The notes under the pieces: model-generated | What the model saw: only the letters and a program-made list of their open reading frames with translations | Database searches by the model: none | Told to the model about the DNA's origin: nothing | Shown here: positions 12,650 to 24,148 of the stretch, one piece after another | Numbering within the stretch: the stretch's first letter is position 1 | Layout of the letters: each line of letters opens with the position of its first letter | Position numbers and translations under genes: made by a program | Origin: Heptranchias perlo | Lineage: Eukaryota | Direction: 5' to 3' | DNA: 64,000 nucleotides | NCBI RefSeq assembly: GCF_035084215.1 | Contig: NC_090363.1 | Coordinates: 5,146,001-5,210,000, forward strand

Positions 12650-13055
12650 TCACGGCCTCAGGACATCCCCTTTTGAAGTGTGGTCACTGTTGTAATGTAG
12701 GAAACGCAGCAGCCAATTTGCGCACAGCAGGATCCCACAAACAACAACGAGCAGATAATCTGTTTCAGTGACGTTGGTTGAGGGAGAAATATTGGTCAGG
12801 ACACTGGGGAGAACTCCCCTGCTGTTTTTCGAAAGAGTGGCCGTGGGATCTTTTACCTCCACCATGAGAGGACAGACGGGGCCTCGGCTTAACGTCTCAT
12901 CCGCAAGACAGCACCTCCGACAGTGCAGCACTCCCCTCAGTACCGCACTGGGAGCGTCAGCCTGGATTATGCGTTCATGCCTCTGGAGCGGGGACTTGGA
13001 CCCACAACCTTCTGACTGAGAGGTGAGAGCACTACCCACCGAGCCAAAGCTGACA
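12650..13055 (-). mobile_element. Deu-domain SINE (SacSINE1-like)
   Basis: Reverse complement of the 4610-5070 element. Confidence 0.8.
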
Positions 13056-16000
13056 CTGAGTGCCTTTAAATTGTATATGTAAGGGTTCAAACAAACTCCA
13101 TTAAGACACATCGCTGTTACTGTTCTGAGTTTGTTGTTTATCTAGTGCTCTGTTAGCTGCTGTTTTTTGGTTGCTTGTCTGGGCTTGACTGATATGGAGA
13201 GCAGTGCTCACATGATGAGGTGACCTTCGGTCACTCTCCTCTGCAACTCATCAAACCAGCTCGCGCTTCATGGATTCTGCCTGAGCCACATTACAAAGCA
13301 GGGATTTCACAGCTAAAGCTGACAGAGCTCAAAGACCACTCAAAAACCACTTCACTAATGACTGTTACGTAGAATTACACGGAATGTACAGCACAGAAAC
13401 AGGCCATTCAGCCCAACTGGTCCATGCCGGTGTTTATGCTCCACACGAGCCTCCTCCCTCCCTACTTCATCTCACCTCATCAGCATAACCTTCTATTCCT
13501 TTCTCCCTCATGTGTTTATCTAGCATCCCCTTAAATGCATCTATGCTATTCGCCTCAACTACTCCTTGTGGTAGTGAGTTCCACATTCTCACCGCTCTCT
13601 GGGTAAAGAAGTTTCTCCTGAATTCCCGATTGGATTTATTGGTGGCTATCTTATATCTGTTCCATAATTGTGTCTAAAATTGCTATTTTTTTCTCCCCTC
13701 TCTCCTTTAGGTGCTGGGAATCAGATCCGAGTGGGAACCAATTGCTCTGTTCATGTATAAGGCTAGACATTGAGTGCCAGAAGGCTATTCTACCATGGGG
13801 TGGGGATGTGACATCAGAGACGAGCCTGTTCTTGCCCGTACCTGACACCCAACCTTACTGGATAGTGACTGAAGGTGGGGTGGCTTTGGCTGATGTACCC
13901 CCTCCCTAACACAGGAACTCTGAGGCCAACAGTTGTGAATTTACCACTACAACAGCAACTTGCATTTATACAGCACCTTTAATGTAGTAAAACATCCCAA
14001 GGCACTTCACAGGAGGGTTACCAGACAAAATTTGACACTGAGCCACGTAAGGAGATATTAGGACAGGTGATCAAAAGCTTGGTCAAAGAGATAGTTTTTA
14101 AGGAGCGTCTTAAAGGTGGAGGGAGAGGTAGAGAGGTTTAGGGAGGGAATTCCAGAGCTCAGGGCCTAGGCGGCTGAAGGCACGGCCACCAATGGCAGAG
14201 CAATTAAAATCTAGGGATGCGCAAGAGGCAAGAATTAGAGGAGCGCAGGGATGCGGAGGGTTATAGGGCTGGAGGAGTTACAAAGATAGGGACTTTCCCA
14301 GTCTATGGCTTTGCACTACACTGAATGGTCCATTTAATCAACTATCTAATGGGGGGTTGTCGAGGGGAAGAATTATTCTCTTATGAAATCTGTCGTTGGC
14401 TGCGTGTTTGGGACACCGTTTTAGAGGGTTGGTGCTACCTTGATGAAATTTGCAAGAACCAGGCTTTGCGGGGAGGGGATTACAATGACCTGCTCGTTGA
14501 TGGTGTTTGCTACTATATTTAGGAACATCCATAAACTTAAGCTCATCCAAAATTCTGCTGCCTGTACCCTAACTCGCACCAAGCCCCATTCACCCATCAC
14601 CCCTGGGTTTGCTGACCTACATTGGCTCCCGGTCTGGCAACGCCTCGAATTTTAAATTTTCATCCTTGTGTTCAAATTCTTCATGGCCTCACCCTTCCCT
14701 ATCTCTGTAACCTCCTCCAGCCCTACAACCCTCCGAGATCTCTTCACTCCTCCAATTCTGGCCTCTTGTGCATCCCCGATTTTCATCGCCCCACCATTGG
14801 CGGCCATGCCTTCAGCTGCCTAGGCTCTGGAATTCCCTCCCTAAACCCCTCTGCCCCTCTCTCTCCTCCTTTCAGACCCTCCTTAAAACTTACCTCTTTG
14901 ACCAAGCTTTCCGTCACCTATCTTAACGTCTCCTTCTTTGGCTCGGTGTCAATATTTTCTTTGCCTGATTATGCTCCTGTGAAGCGCCTTGCTATAGGAC
15001 GGATTAAACACAAGATCACAGAAATAAAGCTGCCCTGATAGTTGAGTAAATGTGGCATTGATTCAGACAGCGCTGTTTCCAGTGAAGTCAGCTGTACTCA
15101 GCCATGCCTCAGAACCAGTAAGCTAAAGTGGGGTAGGGGGGGGGGGTTTGGAGGGGTGAAAAGTCAAGCCAGAGATCCCACTCCCAACTGCTATCCAAGA
15201 AAGCAGAGGCACAACCTAGTGGGGACAACTGGGCCTATTACAAGATGTGGAGTTTGGGCGAGGGGGTGACATAACACATGCCCTAACAAACATTCGGGGA
15301 TAATCCTCATTCCAACCCCCCTCCTCCCCAACACCATCACTATCCCGAGTGGTGCCAATTCTAAACAGTGCGTATCCCTGAACAGGATCGGGCCTGGCTA
15401 CGATGCTCCCCGTGGTCGAATATCCTGCCGACACACACTGTCTAGACTCGCACGTGAAAGCTTTTGAATTATACTCTGTGTGTTTGAAGTGAACCCTGCG
15501 TAAGTTAACAACCCAGCAGAGGGGAGGGGGGTTTAATTAAAAGAAATAAAATCCCAATCCAAAGAATAAGCAAAACTTGATTTTCCAGATTTTGACATTT
15601 ACCACACGCAGATCCACAGGCAACTGGCATCTGAGGCACTTATCCATTCAGGGGTATAATCCCACTGTGTTAAATATGCTTTTGTTGAGTGTTTTCTGAT
15701 TTATTCATTGCATTCAATGGGTGAATAAATAATTCAACGCACCGTGGGGGGCGTGGAGGGCGGAGTGGGGGGTGGTGAAGATTTGCAAACTGGCCATTCT
15801 TTCCCTCCCTAATCTGATTTTACAGGAATCCTGACCCAGCTCAAACGTTTCTTGGCCAAGTGACTTCACCTATCAGGGATCCAACTCTACCACAAAGAAA
15901 CATTTTGTTTGGTGCCAGTTTTGTCTCCCGCAGGTGCTGACTCCCCGCTGGGACTCGGTGACGGGCGTACAGTCACCTCCTGCACCCAATCCAACTTACC

Positions 16001-16629
16001 ATTCTTCCTGTGTCAGCCCGGCTCGTGATTATCTGCAAGTTATTCTCCCACCCCCTCCACACACACACACACGCCCACCCACCCTTCAGTCCTCTCCCTA
16101 TCTCTGTGAACACCTCCAGCCCTACCGCCCTCCGAGATCTCTGCGCTCCTCCAATTCCGGCCTCTTGCGCATCCCCGATTTCCATCGCCCCCACCGTTGG
16201 CGGCCGTGCCTTCAGCCAGCTGGGCCCTATGCTCTGGAATCCCCTCCCTAAACCTCTCCGCCTCTCCACCTCTCTCCCCTCCTTTAAATCGCTCCCTAAA
16301 ACCTACCTCTTTGACCAAGCTCTTTGGTCACCCATCCCAATATCTCCTTACGTGGTTCGGTGTTAAATTTTGTCTGATAACCCTCCTGTGAAATGCCTCG
16401 GGACATTTACTTATTGAGGGGGAGGGGGATAGAAGAGGTAAAAATGGCAAATTCAGCTGTATGAGTTGCACAGCTGTACAAACAGCAAACACCTTCTGCA
16501 CAGATGCTCTCATGTATACTCTGTTCTACACACACCAGTGTTACCAGGCCAAAGAATGGTAAGGCAGAGGATCAGGACTCAGCTCAACAACTGGATGGTA
16601 GTGAGTCAGCCAAACTCCCCTCCTCCAAG

Positions 16630-17070
16630 GTTTCAGCAGTGGCTCAGTGGGTAGCCACACTTACCTCTGAGGTCAGAAGGTCATGGGTTCAAGTCCCACT
16701 CCAGACATTTTGAGCATGATGCTCCCAGTGCCAGTACTGAGGGAGTGCTGCACTGTCAGAGGTGCTGTCTTTCAGATAAGATGTTAAACTGCGACCCTGT
16801 CTGCCCCTCTCAGGTGAATGTAAAAGATTCCCATGGTACTATTTTGAAGAGCAACAGGGGAGTTACATAGAAATTAGGATTTTCTATAGCCCTTCGAGCC
16901 TGCTCCGCCATTCAATATGATCATGGCTCCCAAGTTTGTGGGAGCTTGCTGTGCGCAAATTGGCTGTGGCATTTCCCCACATTACAATGGTGACTACACC
17001 TCAAAAGTACTTCATTGGTTATAAAGCTCTTTGGGGCATCGTGAAAGGCGCTATATAAATGCACTTTCTT
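16630..17070 (+). mobile_element. Deu-domain SINE with a short internal CR1-tail fragment
   Basis: Same head, Deu core and tail. Other copies: 17985-18270, 19702-20060, 20650-20815(-), 26710-27000. Confidence 0.75.
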
Positions 17071-17336
17071 CCCCCTCCATGTTAAACCTCCACTTTCTCT
17101 GTGCCGAGTTGGTTGATCTCACCTGGGGCAGAAATAGAGGCAACTGCGACTTTCCTCAGCTACGGAGAGGGCGAGGGAGGGAAGTAAATCAGCTGGAGTT
17201 GCTGCTCCCCATCTTTTGCTGATGGCTCCGACTCCGTAGTGGGCAAATGCAGGGGAGGCCGGGTTGGGGCTCGGCTGTAATTTCACCCCCACCCCCGCTC
17301 TACCTCCCACGGTCAAATAGCTTTCTGACACTCAGA

Positions 17337-17499
17337 GGGGGGAGTTTTAACCTAACCCGTCCATTGGGAAACTGCTGGGATCGGGTCCCCGCCCCGATTT
17401 TATTCTCCATTAAAGTCAATGGATGTTCGGCAGGGTGTAAAGCCAGTGTTCCATCTAATCCCATAAGGACTCTCACCGGGCGAGGTTAAAATTGAGCCC
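17337..17499. mobile_element. Short MITE with terminal inverted repeats (GGG..TTTTAACCT...AGGTTAAAATT..CCC)
   Basis: Imperfectly palindromic element of ~160 bp. Family members lie at ~18630-18780, 24715-24896, 28672-28822, 30865-31044, 41551-41920 and 60004-60170. Confidence 0.75.
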
Positions 17500-20400
17500 T
17501 GGGGGAGTTCTTAGGCCTCGGGCCTTGCCAGGCTTCGAGAAGTGGAGGAGAGAGTGTGTCCTCCACATCGGGCAGACAGAAACCCTACGTGTATGGATTT
17601 CTCGGTGGCTTGGGTTGGGGACGGGTGTCCGATCAGGTCAAACAGTCACCTGATAAGAAAAAGAAGCATTAGCACACTTAAATTTACATTTAAGCAGAAT
17701 TTTTCAGGCCTAAAATGGATCCACGTATCTTTACTGGATATTCCTGTTTGACACCTACAGATTACATTGACAGCAATATCCTTCAGCTATAATACCTGAA
17801 TCTCTGGGCCAGGAAACACATGGTCCTAGGCAGGAGAGGATTATCTTTCTGTTGTGTTAGGCCTGCTAAGCAGCTAAGCAGATTCTCAGGGAGTTGCACA
17901 GGATGTTACGCACCAACTCTGTGACCCATTTAAAAAAGCGCTTTCACTGATAGTTTACGGGATACTCCCTTGATGTGTTTACGGTGTCAGCCCTGGCTCA
18001 GGTGGACGTCAAAGATCCCACGGCCATTATTTCGAAGACGAGCGGGGGAGTTCTCCCCGGTGTCCTGGCCAATATTTATCCCTCAGCCAACATCACTAAA
18101 ACAGGTTATCTGATCATTATCACATTGCTGTTTGTGGGAGCTTGCTGTGCGCAAATTGGCTGCCATGTTACCTACATTACAACAGTGACTACACTTCAAA
18201 AGCACTTCATTGACTGTAAAGCGCTTTGGGACGTCCTGAGTTTGTGATATATAAATGCAAGTTCTTTCTTGCTTTTATAGAATTACATAAAACAAACAGC
18301 ACAGAAACAGGCCATTCGGCCCAACAGATCTATGCCAGTGTTTATGCTCCACATGAGCCTCCTCCCTCCCTACTTCATCTAACCCTATCAGCATAAGTAA
18401 TCGCAAACCAAAGTTACCAGTCTCTGCATTGAGGAGTTCTGCTGCCTCGTACACACTGACTGGGAATGGAGCCTGTGTACCAACACTGAGCTGGCTAGAC
18501 ACAGCGGAGTGGGTCAGAGGGGAGGGAAACAGGCAGTTCTAGGAAAACGACAGGGTGCAATTGCAAGTGAAGGAAACGGAGAGTCAATTCGAACTTGAGG
18601 GGTCGGACGCAGCTCCACACCGAGATCATGGGGTCATTTGAACCTAACTCTCCAGGCGGGAATCCCACGGGATCAAGCGGAACGCCGGTTTTAAATCCCG
18701 CCCGATATTACTGGAGAGTAAAATCGGGGCACTCAATCCCCTCTGTTTCCCGACTGGCGGGTTAGGTTAAAATTGGCCCCTTTAACTCTTTGTCAAAAAA
18801 AAACCTGTTGACTCTTTCTTGCGGGGGTTTGTGTTTAGTCGAAAGGGGAGGGTAGCTCCCTAGGCAAGTAGCATCGATGATGAGTGTCAATGTGAGCATT
18901 GCAGAGAGAGACACGGCACCATTGAGACATAACGCGGAGTGCCAGAGGCTCACAGCACTGAAGCGAAATTACAGAGAAATCAGGAAAAGTCCATTCGGCC
19001 CGACTGGTCTATGCCGGTGTTTATGCTCCACACGAGCCTCCTCCCACTCAATGAAAGGATCACACACAGAGACAGCAGTCAGAGCCGAAAACAATCACAG
19101 GCAGCCAAAGGCCTTGCAATGTGCACGTGATTCTCCCCGGTTGACTGTAACCCTTTCATTTATTAAAGAAAAGGTTGTGCCCTGCTTCTTTCTTTACAGG
19201 AGTAGAAGTGCAGCAGGCCTCCAGTTTGCCTGTGAGCAGGTCCCGTCGCAACTGAAGCTACAGGTTGACACGGGAAACCTCTCCGGGCTGTCGATGCCGT
19301 CCCTTGAAGCTGCCGTCGCCTCCCAGCCGGAGATGGGAGCAGCAGCCGCGGGCCGTGCCACCCCGCCACGTGCCTCGGCTCCCGGCCAGCCAGACTACAG
19401 AGCCTTCTGTCTGTCCGGCTCTGCATCTGCGAGGGCCAACAGCGACTCTAAAGACGATCGATGTCCGCAGCTGTGTGAAAGGGGACCTCGCCTCTGTGAA
19501 TTTTTGGCTTGCAAGTCAAAAGATCATGAGCCGAGCCTCATCAGTACCCAACATGGTGTTCAACCACGGAAGCCGCAGCACAGAAATAGATCCGTTCCGT
19601 CGCACCCCGAGCTCATCCACTGAAGCGGCCTCCTCCAATCCCTTTGCCCTGCCCGTTCCCTGGTATCCGTTTATATTGTTCTTTTTCAAACATTTATCCA
19701 AGTGTCAGCCTTGGCTCAGTGTGTAGCACTGTCTCTCGCCTCTTGAGGTCGGGTGGTTCGAGCCCCACTCCAGAGACTTAAGCCCATAATCTAGGCTGAC
19801 ACTCCCAGTGCTGCACTGTCAGAGGTGCCGCCTTTCGGAGGAGACGTTAAACGGAGGCACTGTCTGCCCCTCTCAGGTGGATGTAAAAGATCCCGTGGCC
19901 ACTATTTCAAAGAAGAGCAGGGGAGTTCTCCTCAATGTCTGGGACAACATTTATCCCTCAACCAACATCATTAAAACAGATTATCTAGTCATTAACACAT
20001 TGCTGTTTGTGGGACCTTGCTGTGTACAAATTGGCTCTTATGTTTCCTAAATTACAACAGTGAGTACAGAGAGAGGGAGTGAAAAGACAGTGAGAAGATG
20101 AAAAGACAGAGAGGGGGAGGGATAGAGAGAATGAGAAGATATGAAAGAGAGAGAAGGGAGGGATGGAAAGAGAGAGGGGGAGGAGGAGACAGAGAGAGGG
20201 GAAGACAGAGAGAAGAAGGGAGGTTTGAGATCTGAGTGAGAGAATGATCACATTGGAGGTGAACATCAAACCTTCGATCCCAATCCAGTGAAATGCTGCC
20301 TTTTGCCCCCTGTACTAGCTGTTGAGATGTGTCATGGACAAGTGTTGGGGAGGGGGCCAAGGTCACCACCACCCAGGGTGAAGAACTTGAGTGAAACAGC

Positions 20401-21494
20401 CTCCAGGCCCCGTCACTACACACAGAGGACGCAGTGTAGCGGCCTGGCGAGATCCCTCTGTCACTGGAGGCATTTGGTCAGATGGTGGGAGTGGCATCAA
20501 TGTCGTACATCGGGAGAACTGTGAGCTTCGAGAGCCGAGTGCCAGGACCGGCCTTACGCACAGAGGGCTGTCTGTGACAGACTGACAGCAGGACTGCAGG
20601 CAAACTGCTACAGGCCCTGTGGGGAATCTTAACCCTTCGCTTGCATCATTAGAAAGAAAGATCTTGCATTTCCATTGGGCCTTTCACAACCTCAACACGT
20701 CCCAAAGCGCTTTTACAGCCAATGAAGTACTTTCGAAATATAGTAATGTAGGAAACGCGGCAGCCAGATTGTGCACAGCAAGCTCCCACAAACAGAAAAG
20801 TGACAATGACCATTAATGACTGATTCCATTTCACTTCTTGCTATTTACCGCCATTGGGGATCTGGTCAGAACATTGCTTTTTTTTAAACCGAAGCATTCG
20901 GAGGTCCGTAGCAAAAATTTATATACATTTCGCAGTGAGGAGGAGGAGGTACTGAGATTAAAAGAGACACATGCAAACTTTCAGAGTGACAGCCCCCTAT
21001 AATCGGCCTTTGTTCTCCTCTCATGGACCATTAACTCTGTCTTCTCCTCTGCTCTCAGTAACAGCTGAACCAGCAGGCAGTAGGAGTAAGAAAGGGAGCC
21101 AGTCAGTCGACCAGTGACCAAGTGCTGTGTGTGGGACTGCCTCATCCATTCTCGTAATGAGCTGAGACTTTAGAAGCAAATTTATTAAAACATGAAAGGG
21201 GCACTGGTCTTCTTTAAGAAGTGGTTGGGGAAAAAAATCATATATTTGTTATTATTATTATTGGCGCTGGGCCCACGCATGTTGTGCACAGAAGCTGTTC
21301 TGCTGTGAATCCATTCGTTGCAACAGAAATTATACCTTAAAAGGATATCATTCCTATTTTGGGATGGGCAGAGCAGATAAGAGCCACACCACACAATGAC
21401 ATCACCTGGAATATCTTTGCAATCTGAAATTATCTCCTAACAATGCCAGTTACTGTATTGTATGGTACATTAATCCAGAGATGAACAAAAGCTT

Positions 21495-22718
21495 GGGACT
21501 GGGTGGTAGACTGGGTCAGACACTGTCCTTTCCCCCTCTGGGACTGGGTGGTGCAGTGGGTCAGACACTGTCCTTTCCCCCTCTGGGACTGGGTGGTACA
21601 GTGGGTCAGACACTGTCCTTTCCCCCTCTGGGACTGGGTGGTACAGTGGGTCAGACACTGTCCTTTCCCCCTCTGGGACTGGGTGGTGCAGTGGGTCAGA
21701 CACTGTCCTTTCCCCCTCTGGGACTGGGTGGTACAGTGGGTCAGACACTGTCCTTTCCCCCTCTGGGACTGGGTGGTACAGTGGGTCAGACACTGTCCTT
21801 TCCCCCTCTGGGACTGGGTGGTGCAGTGGGTCAGACTCTGTCCTTTCACCCTCTGGGACTGGGTGGTGCAGTGGGTCAGACGCTGTCCTTTCACCCTCTG
21901 GGACTGGGTGGTACAGTGGGTCAGACGCTGTCCTTTCACCCTCTGGGACTGGGTGGTACAGTGGGTCAGACACTGTCCTTTCCCCCTCTGGGACTGGGTG
22001 GTACAGTGGGTCAGACACTGACCTTTCACCCTCTCGGACTGGGTGGTACAGTGGGTCAGACACTGTCCTTTCCCCCTCTGGGACTGGGTGGTACAGTGGG
22101 TCAGACACTGTCCTTTCCCCCTCTGGGACTGGGTGGTACAGTCGGTCAGACACTGTCCTTTCACCCTCTGGGACTGGGTGGTACAGTGGGTCAGACACTG
22201 TCCTTTCCCCCTCTGGGACTGGGTGGTACAGTCGGTCAGACACTGTCCTTTCACCCTCTGGGACTGGGTGGTACAGTGGGTCAGACACTGTCCTTTCCCC
22301 CTCTGGGACTGGGTGGTACAGTGGGTCAGACACTGTCCTTTCACCCTCTGGGACTGGGTGGTACAGTGGGTCAGACACTGTCCTTTCCCCCTCTGGGACT
22401 GGGTGGTACAGTGGGTCAGACACTGTCCTTTCACCCTCTGGGACTGGGTGGTACAGTGGGTCAGACACTGTTCTTTCCCCCTCTGGGACTGGGTGGTACA
22501 GTGGGTCAGACACTGTCCTTTCCCCCTCTGGGACTGGGTGGTACAGTGGGTCAGACACTGTCCTTTCCCCCTCTGGGACTGGGTGGTACAGTGGGTCAGA
22601 CACTGTCCTTTCACCCTCTGGGACTGGGTGGTACAGTGGGTCAGACACTGTCCTTTCACCCTCTCGGACTGGGTGGTACAGTGGGTCAAACACTGTCCTT
22701 TCACCTCTGGGACTGGGT
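21495..22718 (+). repeat. 45-bp tandem array 2 (same unit as array 1)
   Basis: About 27 units; ends in CCTTTCACCTCTGGGACTGGGTTGAAAC. Confidence 0.97.
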
Positions 22719-23297
22719 TGAAACGATGATGCTGTCTGTAAGGATCTTCCACAAAAGGCGTTTGGGCAGTTTCAATCCGGTTTCCAGTGGGCGTGGAACC
22801 ACAATAGAAAACTGATCCCATTTGGCACCAATTCAGCGCTAAATTGGCAGTTTCACTCAATGAGTTCTCGGGGTGACTGGGAAAGGGAAGTATTTCACAC
22901 TCGTGCACTGTTGAGGTTGGGGGAGCTGAGGTACATTGTTTGGGCAGTGCAGAAGGATCTTTACCCTGTACCTAACAGCATTCAAACTGATCTGGGAGTG
23001 TTAGGACAGTATTCAACTTCCCGGCACTAACACCTCCCCCTTTATAAGCACCGAAAGTTAAAAAAAATGGTCTTGAAAGGTGTCAGAACAATAATCACTG
23101 CTCATTTGGCCATTAAAAACAAAACACTCACTTAATGGATTTTCAACTGCTAAGCGCAATGGTTAATGATTTTAGAAGTGGAGAGGTTGCTGATGGCAGA
23201 CCTTGCCGAAGGGACAGCAATTAAACAGCCAAACAGAGATGGGAAAACAGCAGGGGAGTGGGACTAATTAGGTGACCTATTGGTGACTTCATCGGAT

Positions 23298-23730
23298 GCA
23301 CTCTCGCCTCTGAGTCAGAAGGTTCAAGTCCCACTTCAGAGACTTGAGCACATAATCCAAGCCAGCACTCCCAGTGCAGGACTGAGGGAGCGTGCACTGT
23401 CGGAAGAGCCATCTTTCGGATGAGACGTTAAATCGAGGCCCCGTCGGGTCCTCTGAGGCGGATGTAAAAGACCCCACGGCCACTATTTCAAAGAAGAGCA
23501 GGGGAGTTCTCCCCGGTGTCCTGGCCAATATTTATCCCTCAACCAACATCATTAAAAACAGATGATCTGGTCATTATCACATCGCTGCTTATGGGATCTT
23601 GCTGTGCGCAAATTGGCTGCCGCGATTCCTATATTACAACAGTGACTACACTTCAAAAGTACTTCATTGGCTGTAAAGCGCTTTGGGATGTCCTGAGGTC
23701 GTGAAAGGCGCTATATAAATGCAAGTTCTT
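23298..23730 (+). mobile_element. Deu-domain SINE nested in a CR1 3' end
   Basis: SINE body flanked by the split CR1 tail (GGGGAGTGGGACTAATT ... TTCAAAGAGCCAGCACAGGCAC). Confidence 0.75.
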
Positions 23731-23927
23731 CAAAGAGCCAGCACAGGCACCAAGGGCCTCGTTCTGTGCTGTATGATTCTATGATTTGATGTGACAGTTA
23801 GAAAATTCTTGCATGCTTCCCGTCCCTGTGCTTTCAATGTGACCTCTTTTATCATGACAAGATTACAGATGCAAATCTCTCTTCCTCCCCACCCCCCACC
23901 ATCTCATGTAATGCCCTGCTGGATATC

Positions 23928-24148
23928 CATGATGTGGAGATGCCGGTGATGGACTGGGGTTGACAATTGTAAACAATTTTACAACACCGAGTTATAGTCC
24001 AACAATTTTATTTGAAATTCACAAGCTTTCGGAGGCTTCCTCCTTCCTCAGGTGCACATTCACCTGAGGAAGGAGGAAGCCTCCGAAAGCTTGTGAATTT
24101 CAAATAAAATTGTTGGACTATAACTTGGTGTTGTAAAATTGTTTACAG
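23928..24148. mobile_element. Penelope-like fold-back insertion with a 12-bp TSD
   Basis: 87-bp inverted arms (23968-24054 and 24061-24147, one mismatch); CTGCTGGATATC duplicated at 23916-23927 and 24149-24160. Confidence 0.8.
24058..24098 (+). ncRNA. Minimal type-I hammerhead-ribozyme-like motif (Penelope type)
   Basis: ATTCAC-CTGAGGA-A-GGAGG-AAG-CCTCC-GAAA-GCTT-GTGAAT: stem I ATTCAC/GTGAAT, CUGANGA and GAAA core, stem II, palindromic AGCT stem III. Confidence 0.65.

Noticed and set aside
18877-19623. 248-aa + strand ORF
   Set aside because: Runs through a CR1 tail fragment, is antisense within the SAPCD intron, and has no recognisable motif.
21495-22718. CRISPR-like regular periodicity
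   Set aside because: No unique spacers, no cas genes, and the context is vertebrate.
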